A DNA stretch of 63,370 nt, filler included, from Octopus bimaculoides (GCF_001194135.2; 9 parts of 7 records of this genome joined end to end with filler, not necessarily neighbours in it), one strand, 5' to 3'. Positions 1 to 10,071 are shown, numbered from the whole stretch's first letter. Numbers and translations: made by a program. Notes: generated by a model from the sequence alone, not told the origin.

Positions 1-36
<36 letters not shown>

Positions 37-40
37 TATA

Positions 41-207
41 GGTGCAGACGCGAGTGTGGCTCTGTAGTGGGTAGGGAGTTCGCTTCTCAACAACATGGTT
101 TCGGTTGAGTTCCTCTGTGTAGACCCTGAGTAAGTGCCTTTTACCGCGGGCCAACCAAAAGCCTTGTGAAAGGGTTTGGTAGATGGAAAAACTGAAAGTA
201 GCCCGTC

Positions 208-209
<2 letters not shown>
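41..209 (+). mobile_element. tRNA-derived SINE, family A (CORE-like body), decayed 5' part
   Basis: tRNA-like head plus AAAGCCTTGTGA...TTTGGTAGA.GGAAA.CTGAAAG.AGCCCGTCG body. The same body recurs at 24.6, 25.3, 27.7 and 48.8-49.2 kb. Runs into (TG)n. Confidence 0.75.

Positions 210-268
<59 letters not shown>
210..268. repeat. (TG)n microsatellite
   Basis: Direct inspection; one of dozens of (TA)n/(TG)n/(CATA)n tracts in the window. Confidence 0.95.
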
Positions 269-271
<3 letters not shown>

Positions 272-399
272 ACAATAATAACTATATTATAATATATAAT
301 GATAATATGTATACTCCGATTTAAACCAACATTTATCTAAACAATTAACTGAAATATGATGAGCTAACTCGACTAGAATCGAACCCACATATCATCGCT

Positions 400-1095
400 A
401 ACATGACTGCTAACATGACTCTATTTTTATCTTTAATATTATTAAACCAATTTAAAGTATCTATAGTACTATTCCATAATTTAAGACAATTAATATCATT
501 TAATCTATCGATATATTTATCTAAATTGATCTTACTTTATTTACATAGATCTGATTTGCAAGGACAAATAAGTCTAACTTTAGGGTCAGAATAAAAATTA
601 TCCTTATGGTCTTTCAAAATAATTCTAGGGTGCATAGTTACATAAGGTTCAGTTTTATTATCTAACTCATATTTCATCATTATTAATTTAGAGGCCTTAT
701 TTATAGAATATAGAGTATTTTCTGGAACAATTTTATATTTTTTATTAATTTCATTCTCTAATAGGTTATCATATAATTTAACATCTAGTTCTTAGTTTTA
801 TCTGATTGTACTATAATTCCTTCCATATTTCGCATTTGTTAAATTTTAATCGCTAGATTTCTTAAATAATCATTATGTCTATTTGGGTATTTATGAAATT
901 TAATATTTTTCACCACCTTCCAAATATTATCCTTTAAAATCTGTAAATCCCCATTATATGGGGGTTCTTTTCTAGAATTAATATAATTAGAATTAATGTA
1001 ATTTTTTTTATTTTTATTACAGGTCTTTTTAGTGTATTTACTTATAAAATTTTTCCGTATCTGATTGTGGATTTTCATGGATGAATTCAATAATT
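400..1095 (-). pseudogene. Naiad-type Penelope-like retroelement, N-terminal RT fragment
   Basis: Minus-strand translation gives IIVQSDKTKN..., then HPRIILKDHKDNFYSDPKVRLICPCKSDLCK*SKINLDKYIDRLNDINCLKLWNSTIDTLNWF, with stops. Homologous to 12777-13674. Confidence 0.8.
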
Positions 1096-1834
1096 GTGGT
1101 TTTTTCTCTAAATTATATATATATATTTATATATATATGGAAGACGGTAAGGATTATAATTTTTGTATGACTTAATTGATTGGTCGCTGTTTAGTTACGT
1201 ATTTAGGAGTTGGTTGTAATTTATTGGGTCGGTGCATAATTATTGCGGCTTTTTTTTTTCAACAAATACATTAACAATATTTAACAAAAACATTTTTAGA
1301 TGACGGTCTGTCTGTCTGCCAAACAAATGGGAAGCAGTAATTGAGTAAGTGGTAGATATGCTCCGGAATAATCATTTAAATATGTTTTTGTTACATGTTG
1401 TTATTGTTTTTGGTCATTACAAAGAAAACCGAACGGTATTTTGGTAATGACGTAATAATTAAGGAAGTCGCTCGAAACGGCCGCATTGAATTGACACTTA
1501 TACATCGTTGTTACTCATTTATGTGTTACCCACTACCCTGGAATCTGCACTTCAAAAGTATTTGAAAAGTATATTTGTATAAAGTACATTTCTGAACAAA
1601 CAAAAGCGGTTTTATTCACTAAGTTGGATNNNNNNNNNNNNNNNNNNNNNNNNNNNNNNNNNNNNNNNNNNNNNNNNNNNNNNNNNNNNNNNNNNNNNNN
1701 NNNNNNNNNNNNNNNNNNNNNNNNNNNNNATACATACACACATACACATACATACATACATACATACATACATACATACTTACATGATTGCTGCAGACGC
1801 GCGTTCAAGTATTGTCATTGTCTGATCGAAAGTC

Positions 1835-2225
1835 CTACACATGCGATGCTTGTATATGACTCTTCAGTCCAGTCAAAGATCAACATTCTGTACCACACAG
1901 TTGACAAGTTTGAATGACGTCGGAGCTCTTTTGCGATTCCTTCCTGCACATTTTCAAATGGCGCGTGAGGCCTCCTGAGGAGGCACATTCGTTTCCACAA
2001 GTCCGACACCTTTCCATTTCATACTCATTGTTCTCCACGGCCAGTTTGATAAGATGACTGCGTTGATGGCATTTCAGTCCCGCTATACTGAGACAAACGC
2101 ACCCACATTAATTACAAAATACTTCATTGCCCAGAGGAAATTCCGATAATGGCTCAGGGTGCCCTTTCCTAGCATTTGTTTTACACTTCTGACGTTCCAA
2201 ACTGGTACCTGATCTATTGCCTCAC
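1835..2225 (-). pseudogene. RTE-clade LINE C-terminus with three tandem zinc fingers
   Basis: LERQKCKTNARK...FCN*CGCVCLSIAGLKCHQRSH...CRTCGNECASSGGLTRHLKMC...CQLCGTEC*SLTGLKSHIQASHV*. Matches the RTE C-terminal CxxC..S..GL.SH motif. Confidence 0.7.
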
Positions 2226-2724
2226 GTCTATGGCCCATCTAGTTCGGCTGTAGATCCGTTGAAATCCAAGAACGGAAAAGAGCTGCTATGTGACCCGAAG
2301 GATATTGTCGTTAGATGGAGAGAGCACTTTGATGAACTTCTTAATCGGACATCTCAGGTTAATTAAAGAGTTCATTCAGTCTATACCGCCCAAACCATCC
2401 AAGCAAATCACGGCAAGTAACTGGTGTTGTTGCCAAGTTGAGCAACAGCAAACCTCCAGGTACGTATGGAATCAGCACTGAAGGACTGAAATGCGGAGAT
2501 GATCGATTCATGCAAAAGTTTACGGATAAATGCAAAAGATCGGAGAAGATGAAAACGTTCCTCATGATGGACTGGAAGGATTCACTCATGGTGGTTTTGA
2601 ATAAAGGGAAAGGAAAAAATGATCTGAGTGGAAGTTATCTTTATATTTCACTGCTTTTAGTTGTGGGCAAAGTTCTGTGCAGAATTATGCTGGACAGACT
2701 GCTTGAATATGAGTCGCAGTGGAA
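2226..2724 (+). pseudogene. RTE/BovB-like LINE, pre-RT and RT N-terminal fragment
   Basis: VYGPSSSAVDPLKSKNGKELLCDPKDIVVRWREHFDELLNR...KPPGTYGISTEGLKCG...WKDSLMVVLNKGKG...YISLLLVVGKVLCRIMLDRL..ESQ, with frameshifts. Confidence 0.85.
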
Positions 2725-3101
2725 TGTCCCAGTGAAGGCCTCAATAAAATGTAAGCACAACAGACCTGATATAAAGATTTGGGATAGAGAAGAAAAACTG
2801 TGCACAGTTGTGGAAATTAGCTGCCCAGTAGACGTTAACATAAGCCTGAAGGTCAGTGAAAAAAAGAATACCTATGCTGAACTATTGATAAATCTGCAAG
2901 TTACTCTATCCAGGCTACAAGTTCAGATTTATACTTGTAATTATTGGGGCCCTGAGATATGTAACACATTACCTAAATACCATTCTTGAGAAATTAGGCT
3001 TCTCAAAACCAGAAAGGAGAAAGCTGGTACGAAGACTACAGATGCAATCCATCACTGGAACTGCAGAGATCTGTAAAACTTTCCAGAAGTTTATCATTTA
3101 A
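2722..3101 (+). pseudogene. R4/Dong-like non-LTR retrotransposon, restriction-like endonuclease (RLE) 3' fragment
   Basis: WNVPV...HNRPDIKIWD..KLCTVVEISCPVDVNISLKVSEKKNTYAEL, then (frameshift) VIIGALRYV...LEKLGF...LQMQSITGTAEICKTF*. This is a PD-(D/E)xK RLE layout. Confidence 0.85.
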
Positions 3102-3180
3102 ATATATATATGAGCATGTCAAGATATGCAAGTATATGCATAAGAATACATACATAAAGCAAAACATACAAATCTGTACA

Positions 3181-3436
3181 TATACATACATACATACATA
3201 CATACATACATACATACATACATACATACTCTGTTGTTGATGTTGAAAATTCCAATGAAGGAGCCTTGAATCTAGATTAGAAACCGACTCATTCTCTATT
3301 GGCAAGAAATATTGAAATAAAACTGAACAATGGCATACATACATACATACATACTCTGTTATTGATGTTTAAATTTCAATGAAGGAGCTTCGGGTCTAGG
3401 TTAGAATTTGGTTCTTTCTCTATTGGTAAGAAATTT
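3181..3436 (+). repeat. (CATA)n tracts interleaved with two diverged copies of a ~90-110 bp 3'-end unit
   Basis: ATACTCTGTT.TTGATGTT.AAA.TT.CAATGAAGGAGC....TCTAG.TTAGAA....TCTCTATTGG.AAGAAAT occurs at ~3226 and ~3351, each preceded by (CATA)n. Confidence 0.8.
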
Positions 3437-4423
3437 TTATGTGTGTGTGACTGTATGTATCGTAATTTAAGTATCGTAATTTAAATATCGTAAAATGCAT
3501 ACAAATATATTGTTCACCGAAGTATAGACATTACTCTCGAAATATATCTCAATACGTTGGGTACAATGGAAAGATATGTTTATTTTGCTTAAAAAGCCAG
3601 TCTACTCTGAGATTTACTCTTATTTGATCACATTACTCATGCTCAGCCGAGGGCAAAACTCTTTTCTGTATATAATAAGCACACATACATACACACGCAT
3701 ATAAGTGTTCGTAAATAGATACACNNNNNNNNNNNNNNNNNNNNNNNNNNNNNNNNNNNNNNNNNNNNNNNNNNNNNNNNNNNNNNNNNNNNNNNNNNNN
3801 NNNNNNNNNNNNNNNNNNNNNNNNNNNNNNNNNNNNNNNNNNNNNNNNNNNNNNNNNNNNNNNNNNNNNNNNNNNNNNNNNNNNNNNNNNNNNNNNNNNN
3901 NNNNNNNNNNNNNNNNNNNNNNNNNNNNNNNNNNNNNNNNNNNNNNNNNNNNNNNNNNNNNNNNNNNNNNNNNNNNNNNNNNNNNNNNNNNNNNNNNNNN
4001 NNNNNNNNNNNNNNNNNNNNNNNNNNNNNNNNNNNNNNNNNNNNNNNNNNNNNNNNNNNNNNNNNNNNNNNNNNNNNNNNNNNNNNNNNNNNNNNNNNNN
4101 NNNNNNNNNNNNNNNNNNNNNNNNNNNNNNNNNNNNNNNNNNNNNNNNNNNNNNNNNNNNNNNNNNNNNNNNNNNNNNNNNNNNNNNNNNNNNNNNNNNN
4201 NNNNNNNNNNNNNNNNNNNNNNNNNNNNNNNNNNNNNNNNNNNNNNNNNNNNNNNNNNNNNNNNNNNNNNNNNNNNNNNNNNNNNNNNNNNNNNNNNNNN
4301 NNNNNNNNNNNNNNNNNNNNNNNNNNNNNNNNNNNNNNNNNNNNNNNNNNNNNNNNNNNNNNNNNNNNNNNNNNNNNNNNNNNNNNNNNNNNNNNNNNNN
4401 NNNNNNNNNNNNNNNNNNNNNNN

Positions 4424-4464
<41 letters not shown>

Positions 4465-5934
4465 ACATATAAGAGACCAAAGTGTAACGTACGCCGCTAT
4501 ATTTGTATAAAAAGGAATACCAAAAATCGGACAAGAACGCAAAACATCCAGACAGTTATAGGATGCAAAAAAGGGACAACAAAATATCCAGACAGACGAT
4601 ACAAAAACAAGGACGGGTCATTCGGAGTTTTCTTTCTTCAGTCGAGTTCCAGACAATATGCTTGCATATCCATGCCCTGGATTAGCATAGGTAATTTATA
4701 CCAGTAGTAATAATGGATATTCTTATCCCTTAGACATTTCTTCCGACCGCTAACTCTACTTACCTATATATAGATATATATAAGCACACATTAGCGTACA
4801 AAATTATGTATAGTTACAAATATCTATACATTCATGTTCACACTCCTTTCTTATATTTTCTGTGTGTTATATCTGACTATATTTTAACATAAGATAATGA
4901 AAACTAGTTTGGGTTATCAAAGCTGATATTCCTTCACTTAATAACAACATTGGAAAAGAAATTTTATGAAAATGTTGAAAATATCAACAAAAGTCCAAAA
5001 AGAAATTGGCAGGAAAGAATGAAAATCCTGAGCAAACTCTTGTTGAGAGTGGATAATGAATATTTCAGCTATAGCATGTTTTAATGAAAGAAGAGAGCGC
5101 AAATTGTAATTCTTTATTAATATAGTTACCTGACATTTTTTGGCTAATAATTCCGAGTTCGATTCCAGGAAGTGACCTGAATAATAATAATAATAACTTT
5201 AGGAATGAGAAACCAGGTTGGAAATTTCCCCAAGACACCTGGAGGACAAATATCCGTCAAATGTAAATAATGTACATAATTCCTTATCTCTTAAATATAG
5301 GAAAGTTAATTTTATTTTAAACCTTTAAATCTATTAGTGTTATATTAATAATTGTGAAATGATTGGCCTTCCATTATGAGCATGATATTGTATCTAAGTA
5401 TTTCCATTCTTCATCTTATATCTGTAACAGTATATTCTGCAGTAGTTATATTACTTTTCCATTTTGCACCTAACACCTAAATTCTCTTCTATTCATTCTT
5501 GTTCTGCTAACTTAAATATCTAAGTTACCTTTTATTTCTACAACGTTTTTGTGACATGATCCAAAACCTATAATTTTATCGTAATTTTCTCCTTTTTTTT
5601 TTTTTTCATCCTGCCATTTGATATCCATAAATTATTATATCTCTTCTAGCTGCAACTCTGCTTCTATTTGATAGACCATATTTAAAACAGAATTCTGCAA
5701 TGATTTCCTACTTAGAAACAAGAATAGATGCTGATATTTGGTGGTAAAATATGCTTCATACACCTGACTATTTATATTTACGACTTTCCTGAGAGGATAA
5801 TAAATAGAGTGACCTCTGCTGAAATTATAAACTTATAATTTTAAAAAATGAAACCAAATTCTTATAAACTTTAAACTTGATCCTGTGCCGGTTTTGACAC
5901 ATGCACAACAATATCAACAACAACAATAATAATA

Positions 5935-6045
5935 ATGATCCTTTCTACAATAGGCACATGACCTGAAATTTGGGGCGGGGGGCGGACTAGTCGATTACTT
6001 TGTCCCTAGTGTTTAACTGGTACTTAATTTATCAACCCCGAAATA
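5935..6045 (-). mobile_element. tRNA-derived SINE family B, 3' half
   Basis: Reverse complement of GGGG.TGATAAATTAAGTACCAG...AATCGACTAG...AAATTTCAGG..TGTGCCTATTGTAGAAAGG; compare the full copy at 48508-48722. Confidence 0.75.
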
Positions 6046-6059
6046 ATAATAATAATAAT

Positions 6060-6250
6060 AATGGTTTCAAATTTTGCCGCAAGGGCAGCAATTTGGTGGG
6101 AGGGGATGAGTCGATTACATCGACCCCAGTCTTCAACTGGTACTTATTTTATTGATCCCGAAAGGATGAAAGGTAAAGTTGACCTCGACGGAGTTTGAAC
6201 TCAGAACGTAACGATAGGCGAAATACTGCTAAGCATTTCGTCCAGTGCGC
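6060..6250 (-). mobile_element. tRNA-derived SINE family B, truncated by gap
   Basis: B-box GAGTTCAAACTCC, central CCTTTCATCCTTTCGGG.TC.ATAAA..AAGTACCAG, (ATT)n tail. Confidence 0.85.
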
Positions 6251-6350
6251 NNNNNNNNNNNNNNNNNNNNNNNNNNNNNNNNNNNNNNNNNNNNTTAATT
6301 AATTAANNNNNNNNNNNNNNNNNNNNNNNNNNNNNNNNNNNNNNNNNNNN
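6251..6350. other. Assembly gap spacer 44N + TTAATTAATTAA + 44N (8 occurrences)
   Basis: The identical 100-bp construct also lies at 14540, 21171, 38855, 42603, 58466, 60708 and 62181. The 12-mer has stops in all six frames. Confidence 0.95.
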
Positions 6351-6598
6351 GTGGGTGTCGGGGTAAACTTTAGACCTTTTAATAGGAGGTTGATCTCATC
6401 GTTGTTGAGGTTCCGATTTGATAAATTTATGATTTTCGGGTCTATATGTTGTGTGTGGTTAATTAACTCTGGTGTATTATCGGGTCCGGTGCGTGGTTTT
6501 GGTATTTCCTCCCTAAAAAAGGAATTGTGTTTCCACGTCTTCGTTGTCTTGTCTGGGTGTTCTGATTTCCATGTAGGTAAGAGGATGGTTCGTGTCTT
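6351..6598 (-). CDS. PLE reverse transcriptase ORF, N-terminal 82 codons (no initiator Met, cut by gap)
   Basis: Open from the TAA at 6601-6599 to the gap: ...NSFFREEIPKPRTGPDNTPELINHTQHIDPKIINLSNRNLNNDEINLLLKGLKFTPTP. The NLS..L...E..LL.KGL.F.PTP motif is typical of Penelope/Poseidon/Neptune-type RT N-termini. Confidence 0.75.
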
Positions 6599-7795
6599 TT
6601 ATACCAATTCCGTTGGTTAAAAGTTTCGTTTTTTTCTTCCCATCTTTCACCCTTTTTTTCTTCCCCATTCAGGATATATGGGAATTTTGGTTGTAAATCT
6701 TGTGTTTCTTGAGTTGTCATGATTATTGTTCCTATTATAGTATCTGTGTTGTCTGTATTTTATTTGTTCTTCTTACCATGTATTCATCCATCTGGGGTAC
6801 ATGTTATTACGAGTTGGTGGTTGTCTGTATGTTATTTGTCTTTCAGGTCTGTTTTCCTTTTCATTTATCCATCTATGGTGTTTGGACGGATGGGTTGATG
6901 GCTGTCTTCTATATTTCATTTGTTGGTTAATAGCAGCGTTATGTATTGTTGGATATGGTTTTCTAGTTTGTACTTTGGGTGAGATGGAGGTCATTTCCGC
7001 GTATGTTTTTGGGTAATTAGAGGTTCGGTATCTCATTTCAATTCTTCTAGGGTTAGTGTCTATATTTGTTTTTGATTTCTTCGTATTTCTTTGTTGTTGC
7101 GGTTTCGTTTTCATAATGGATTTATCTCCATAGTTTTTTTCATAGTTAGTGAACCACTCTTGTTGTTTTTCCCACATTTTTATGGATTTCTCTTCTTCCC
7201 GCTTTGTGTCTTCTTTCCATAGTTTTTTCAGTTTTTCATGATATTGATTATTGCTTTGTTCAGCAATTTCAGCAAACATAATTGCGTCAATAGTCTTCAC
7301 TTTTTCTTCGTGTCTCACTTTTCGTGATTGTAGGAGAGCAATTTCTGTTTCCAATCGACATAGAGCTAAATTTGCACGTATATTTGTCTCTTCTAGCGAT
7401 TCATTCCTTATTTCTTTAATAAAAAAATTTCTGGGCAGTATTGGTCTGTCTTTGCTTCGCCAGTTCTGGTAGGTGTTTGCTATATTGTTGCATCGAATGC
7501 TCTTCCAGTATGCATGTTTCCTTTGGTTTAGGAGTTTCTTCCAGAGATATGATTTTATGGTATTATGCTGATGTACTTCTCCAGATGTGGCTTCAAGTGA
7601 GTTTGTTCTTATTTCTTCCTTGTTGTTTGTCTCTGGTATTGGAGCATCTTCCATATGGGTATCATTTATAGTTCTATCTGAATTTGTGAAGATTGCATCC
7701 AGTCTTGAAATAAGTAAATTTAACTTATTAGATATTTCTGTGAGGAGTTCATCTATATTATTGGTGTTTCTCGGCTGAGTCTGATTGTGTTCCAT
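6463..7795 (-). pseudogene. PLE ORF1: coiled-coil/helical N-half and R/Q/N-rich basic C-half (~440 codons reconstructed)
   Basis: 340-codon open frame 7795-6773. Read-through of TAA continues in similar composition (EEQIKYRQHRYYNR...). One indel in an A-run near 6650-6660 joins the 6463-6720 frame, which ends GNTIPFLGRKYQNHAPDPIIHQS*. Confidence 0.65.
6514..6520 (-). promoter_or_regulatory. Candidate -1 ribosomal frameshift slippery site U UUU UUA
   Basis: ORF1 frame reads CCT TTT TTA GGG and the -1 frame reads TCC TTT TTT AGG GAG. The heptamer is in X XXY YYZ register and the -1 frame is the RT frame. Confidence 0.6.
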
Positions 7796-7919
7796 TCATT
7801 CTGGCGTCTTGTACATCCAAGGGTATATGTGTAGAGTGTTAGGTGTGATGTACAGAATTAAATATTGAAAAAAAAAGTCGTCAGAATTTTGGAATAACTT
7901 CTTTCATTTATTTTATACA

Positions 7920-7960
7920 TATATAGCGCTTTCGTTCGTCTTTCGAACTTGTCAAATATA
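7920..7960 (-). ncRNA. Minimal type I hammerhead ribozyme-like motif (U3-A8 variant)
   Basis: Minus strand reads TATA T TTGACAA GTTC gaaagac GAAC GAAA GCGC TA TATA: 4-bp stem II closed by G-C, GAAA, palindromic GCGC, NUH = CUA. Lies ~125 nt upstream of the ORF1 ATG. Confidence 0.55.
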
Positions 7961-8049
7961 ACTGTGAAAATACAGAGATCTAGCTTATTTAAATAAAAAC
8001 AGGTGTTTTGGGGGGGGTTTTGTTTATAACAGAACATTTTTTTGTTTTT

Positions 8050-8540
8050 GTCGAGCGCGGGCTCGAAAGATGGACCGTTATGTAAACCTCCTCGAGAAAT
8101 GTGAAGACGCAGGCTGGAAAGCGGAGAATTTTCCAATCGAAGTTGGATGTAGAGGATTTGTAGAACACAGTGTGAGACGACTGTTGTTATCGTTAGGCCT
8201 AACCCATCGTAAGGTAAATACCACCATGACCGATATCCAAAATACAGTGGAGAAGGCTAGACACGGGATTTGGTTAAAAAGAGACGATGAGCGATGGCTA
8301 GAGAAATATTGAACTTCGTTTTAATAATCNNNNNNNNNNAAAGAGACGATGAGCGATGGCTAGAGAAATATTGAACTTCGTTTTAATAATCAGTTGATCT
8401 AGCAAGCGGGGCCTCATATCAGTGAGGGGGGGCCGGTGCGCATTGATGCCGTCGAGAGGTAGGCTCCGCAACGGCGCGCATTCTCTCCTGATGACCCCAT
8501 ACACTTGCTGGCTTCCGGTATGCGGAGTTCTTGACTGGTA
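8050..8540 (+). mobile_element. HERO-like (RLE-clade) non-LTR retrotransposon 3' end with 3' UTR
   Basis: RYVNLLEKCEDAGWKAENFPIEVGCRGFVEHSVRRLLLSLG...GIWLKRDDERW; the EVGCRGF...W..KR.D..W motif is characteristic of HERO. Followed by a GC-richer UTR, then (TA)n. Confidence 0.75.
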
Positions 8541-8574
8541 GCGCTTGCATGTGCGAGTTGTTTGCAAGACATGG

Positions 8575-8622
<48 letters not shown>

Positions 8623-8736
8623 CTACATATATATGTTTACATATATATATATAGATGTATATATATATATACATGTATATATATATATATGTGTATATAT
8701 CTATATGTATATATATTTGTATCTATATAATATATA

Positions 8737-9543
8737 CAGGATTTGGACAAAATAATGGAAACACCTAGCATCATAGCATCATTATTTTGAAATATCTAGA
8801 AAACCGCCAAAAGTTTATTTATTTTTAAGTTTTTTTAATTTATTATTAGTGTTGCTTAATATGTTTTGCTAAAGTTGCTGTTTCTTTTCACATATCATCA
8901 GGAATAGGTAATTAAAATTCATTAAAATGATAGATCTATCAGACTTTCAAACAGATCAAATTGTTCGTGATCGTATGGCAGGCGCTAGCGTAACAAGAAT
9001 AGCCAAAATGTTTGGTGTATCAAGAAGTACTGTCACGAAAGTAATGACAGCCTTTGAGAGAGAAGGAAAAACCTCCTCATCGAAACAAAATCCTGAAAAA
9101 AACAAAAACTTTCAGATAGGGACCATCGTACTCTTACGTGAATTGTTAGAAAGGATCACAAAAGTACAACTCCCAAAATTACTGCAGAGCTTAATGATTA
9201 CCTCAAGAGCCCAGTTTCCACAAAAACTGTTCGCCGGGAGCTGTACAAAGCCAGATTTCACGGAAGGGCTGCAATCAGAAAAAGCACTACTTTCAAAAAC
9301 AAACGTTGCAAAGCAGTGGAGGAATGTTATTTTCTCGGACAAGTCATCCTTTACTTTATTTCCGACCACCGGCTAAGTATACGTGTGGAGACAGCCAAAA
9401 GAAACATTTGACCCAGACTGTTAAAGATGGAGGAGGATTTGTGATGATCGGGTGGGGGCTATATCTTGGAAATTCGCCAGCACAATGGTTTCCCTTCATG
9501 GCAGAATTAATAGTCAAGACTATTTAAGCACTTTATCTAATCA
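8737..9543 (+). mobile_element. Tc1-family DNA transposon, left TIR plus frameshifted transposase, cut by gap
   Basis: TA|CAGGATTTGGACAAAATAATGGAAACACC left end. Paired-like HTH (MAGASVTRIAKMFGVSRSTVTKV), W.NVIFSDKSSF (first D region), TVKDGGGFVM.WGAISW...GRINSQDY. Confidence 0.9.
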
Positions 9544-10033
9544 NNNNNNNNNNNNNNNNNNNNNNNNNNNNNNNNNNNNNNNNNNNNNNNNNNNNNNNNN
9601 NNNNNNNNNNNNNNNNNNNNNNNNNNNNNNNNNNNNNNNNNNNNNNNNNNNNNNNNNNNNNNNNNNNNNNNNNNNNNNNNNNNNNNNNNNNNNNNNNNNN
9701 NNNNNNNNNNNNNNNNNNNNNNNNNNNNNNNNNNNNNNNNNNNNNNNNNNNNNNNNNNNNNNNNNNNNNNNNNNNNNNNNNNNNNNNNNNNNNNNNNNNN
9801 NNNNNNNNNNNNNNNNNNNNNNNNNNNNNNNNNNNNNNNNNNNNNNNNNNNNNNNNNNNNNNNNNNNNNNNNNNNNNNNNNNNNNNNNNNNNNNNNNNNN
9901 NNNNNNNNNNNNNNNNNNNNNNNNNNNNNNNNNNNNNNNNNNNNNNNNNNNNNNNNNNNNNNNNNNNNNNNNNNNNNNNNNNNNNNNNNNNNNNNNNNNN
10001 NNNNNNNNNNNNNNNNNNNNNNNNNNNNNNNNN

Positions 10034-10071
<38 letters not shown>

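Larger units (their letters stand above)
6351..7960 (-). mobile_element. 5' part of a Penelope-like element with upstream ORF1, truncated by assembly gap
   Basis: Contains a hammerhead-like motif, a long ORF1, a slippery heptamer and the PLE RT N-terminal signature KIINLSNRNLNNDEINLLLKGLKFTPTP. Confidence 0.75.

Noticed and set aside
6295-6306. Recurrent TTAATTAATTAA motif
   Set aside because: Always centred in an exact 44N+12+44N block; an assembly spacer, not biology.
8278-8391. ~52-bp direct duplication in the HERO 3' end
   Set aside because: Identical copies flank a 10-N gap; an unmerged contig overlap.
8485-8530. CTGATGA in the HERO 3' UTR as a ribozyme or C/D box
   Set aside because: No stem II/GAAA and no terminal stem.
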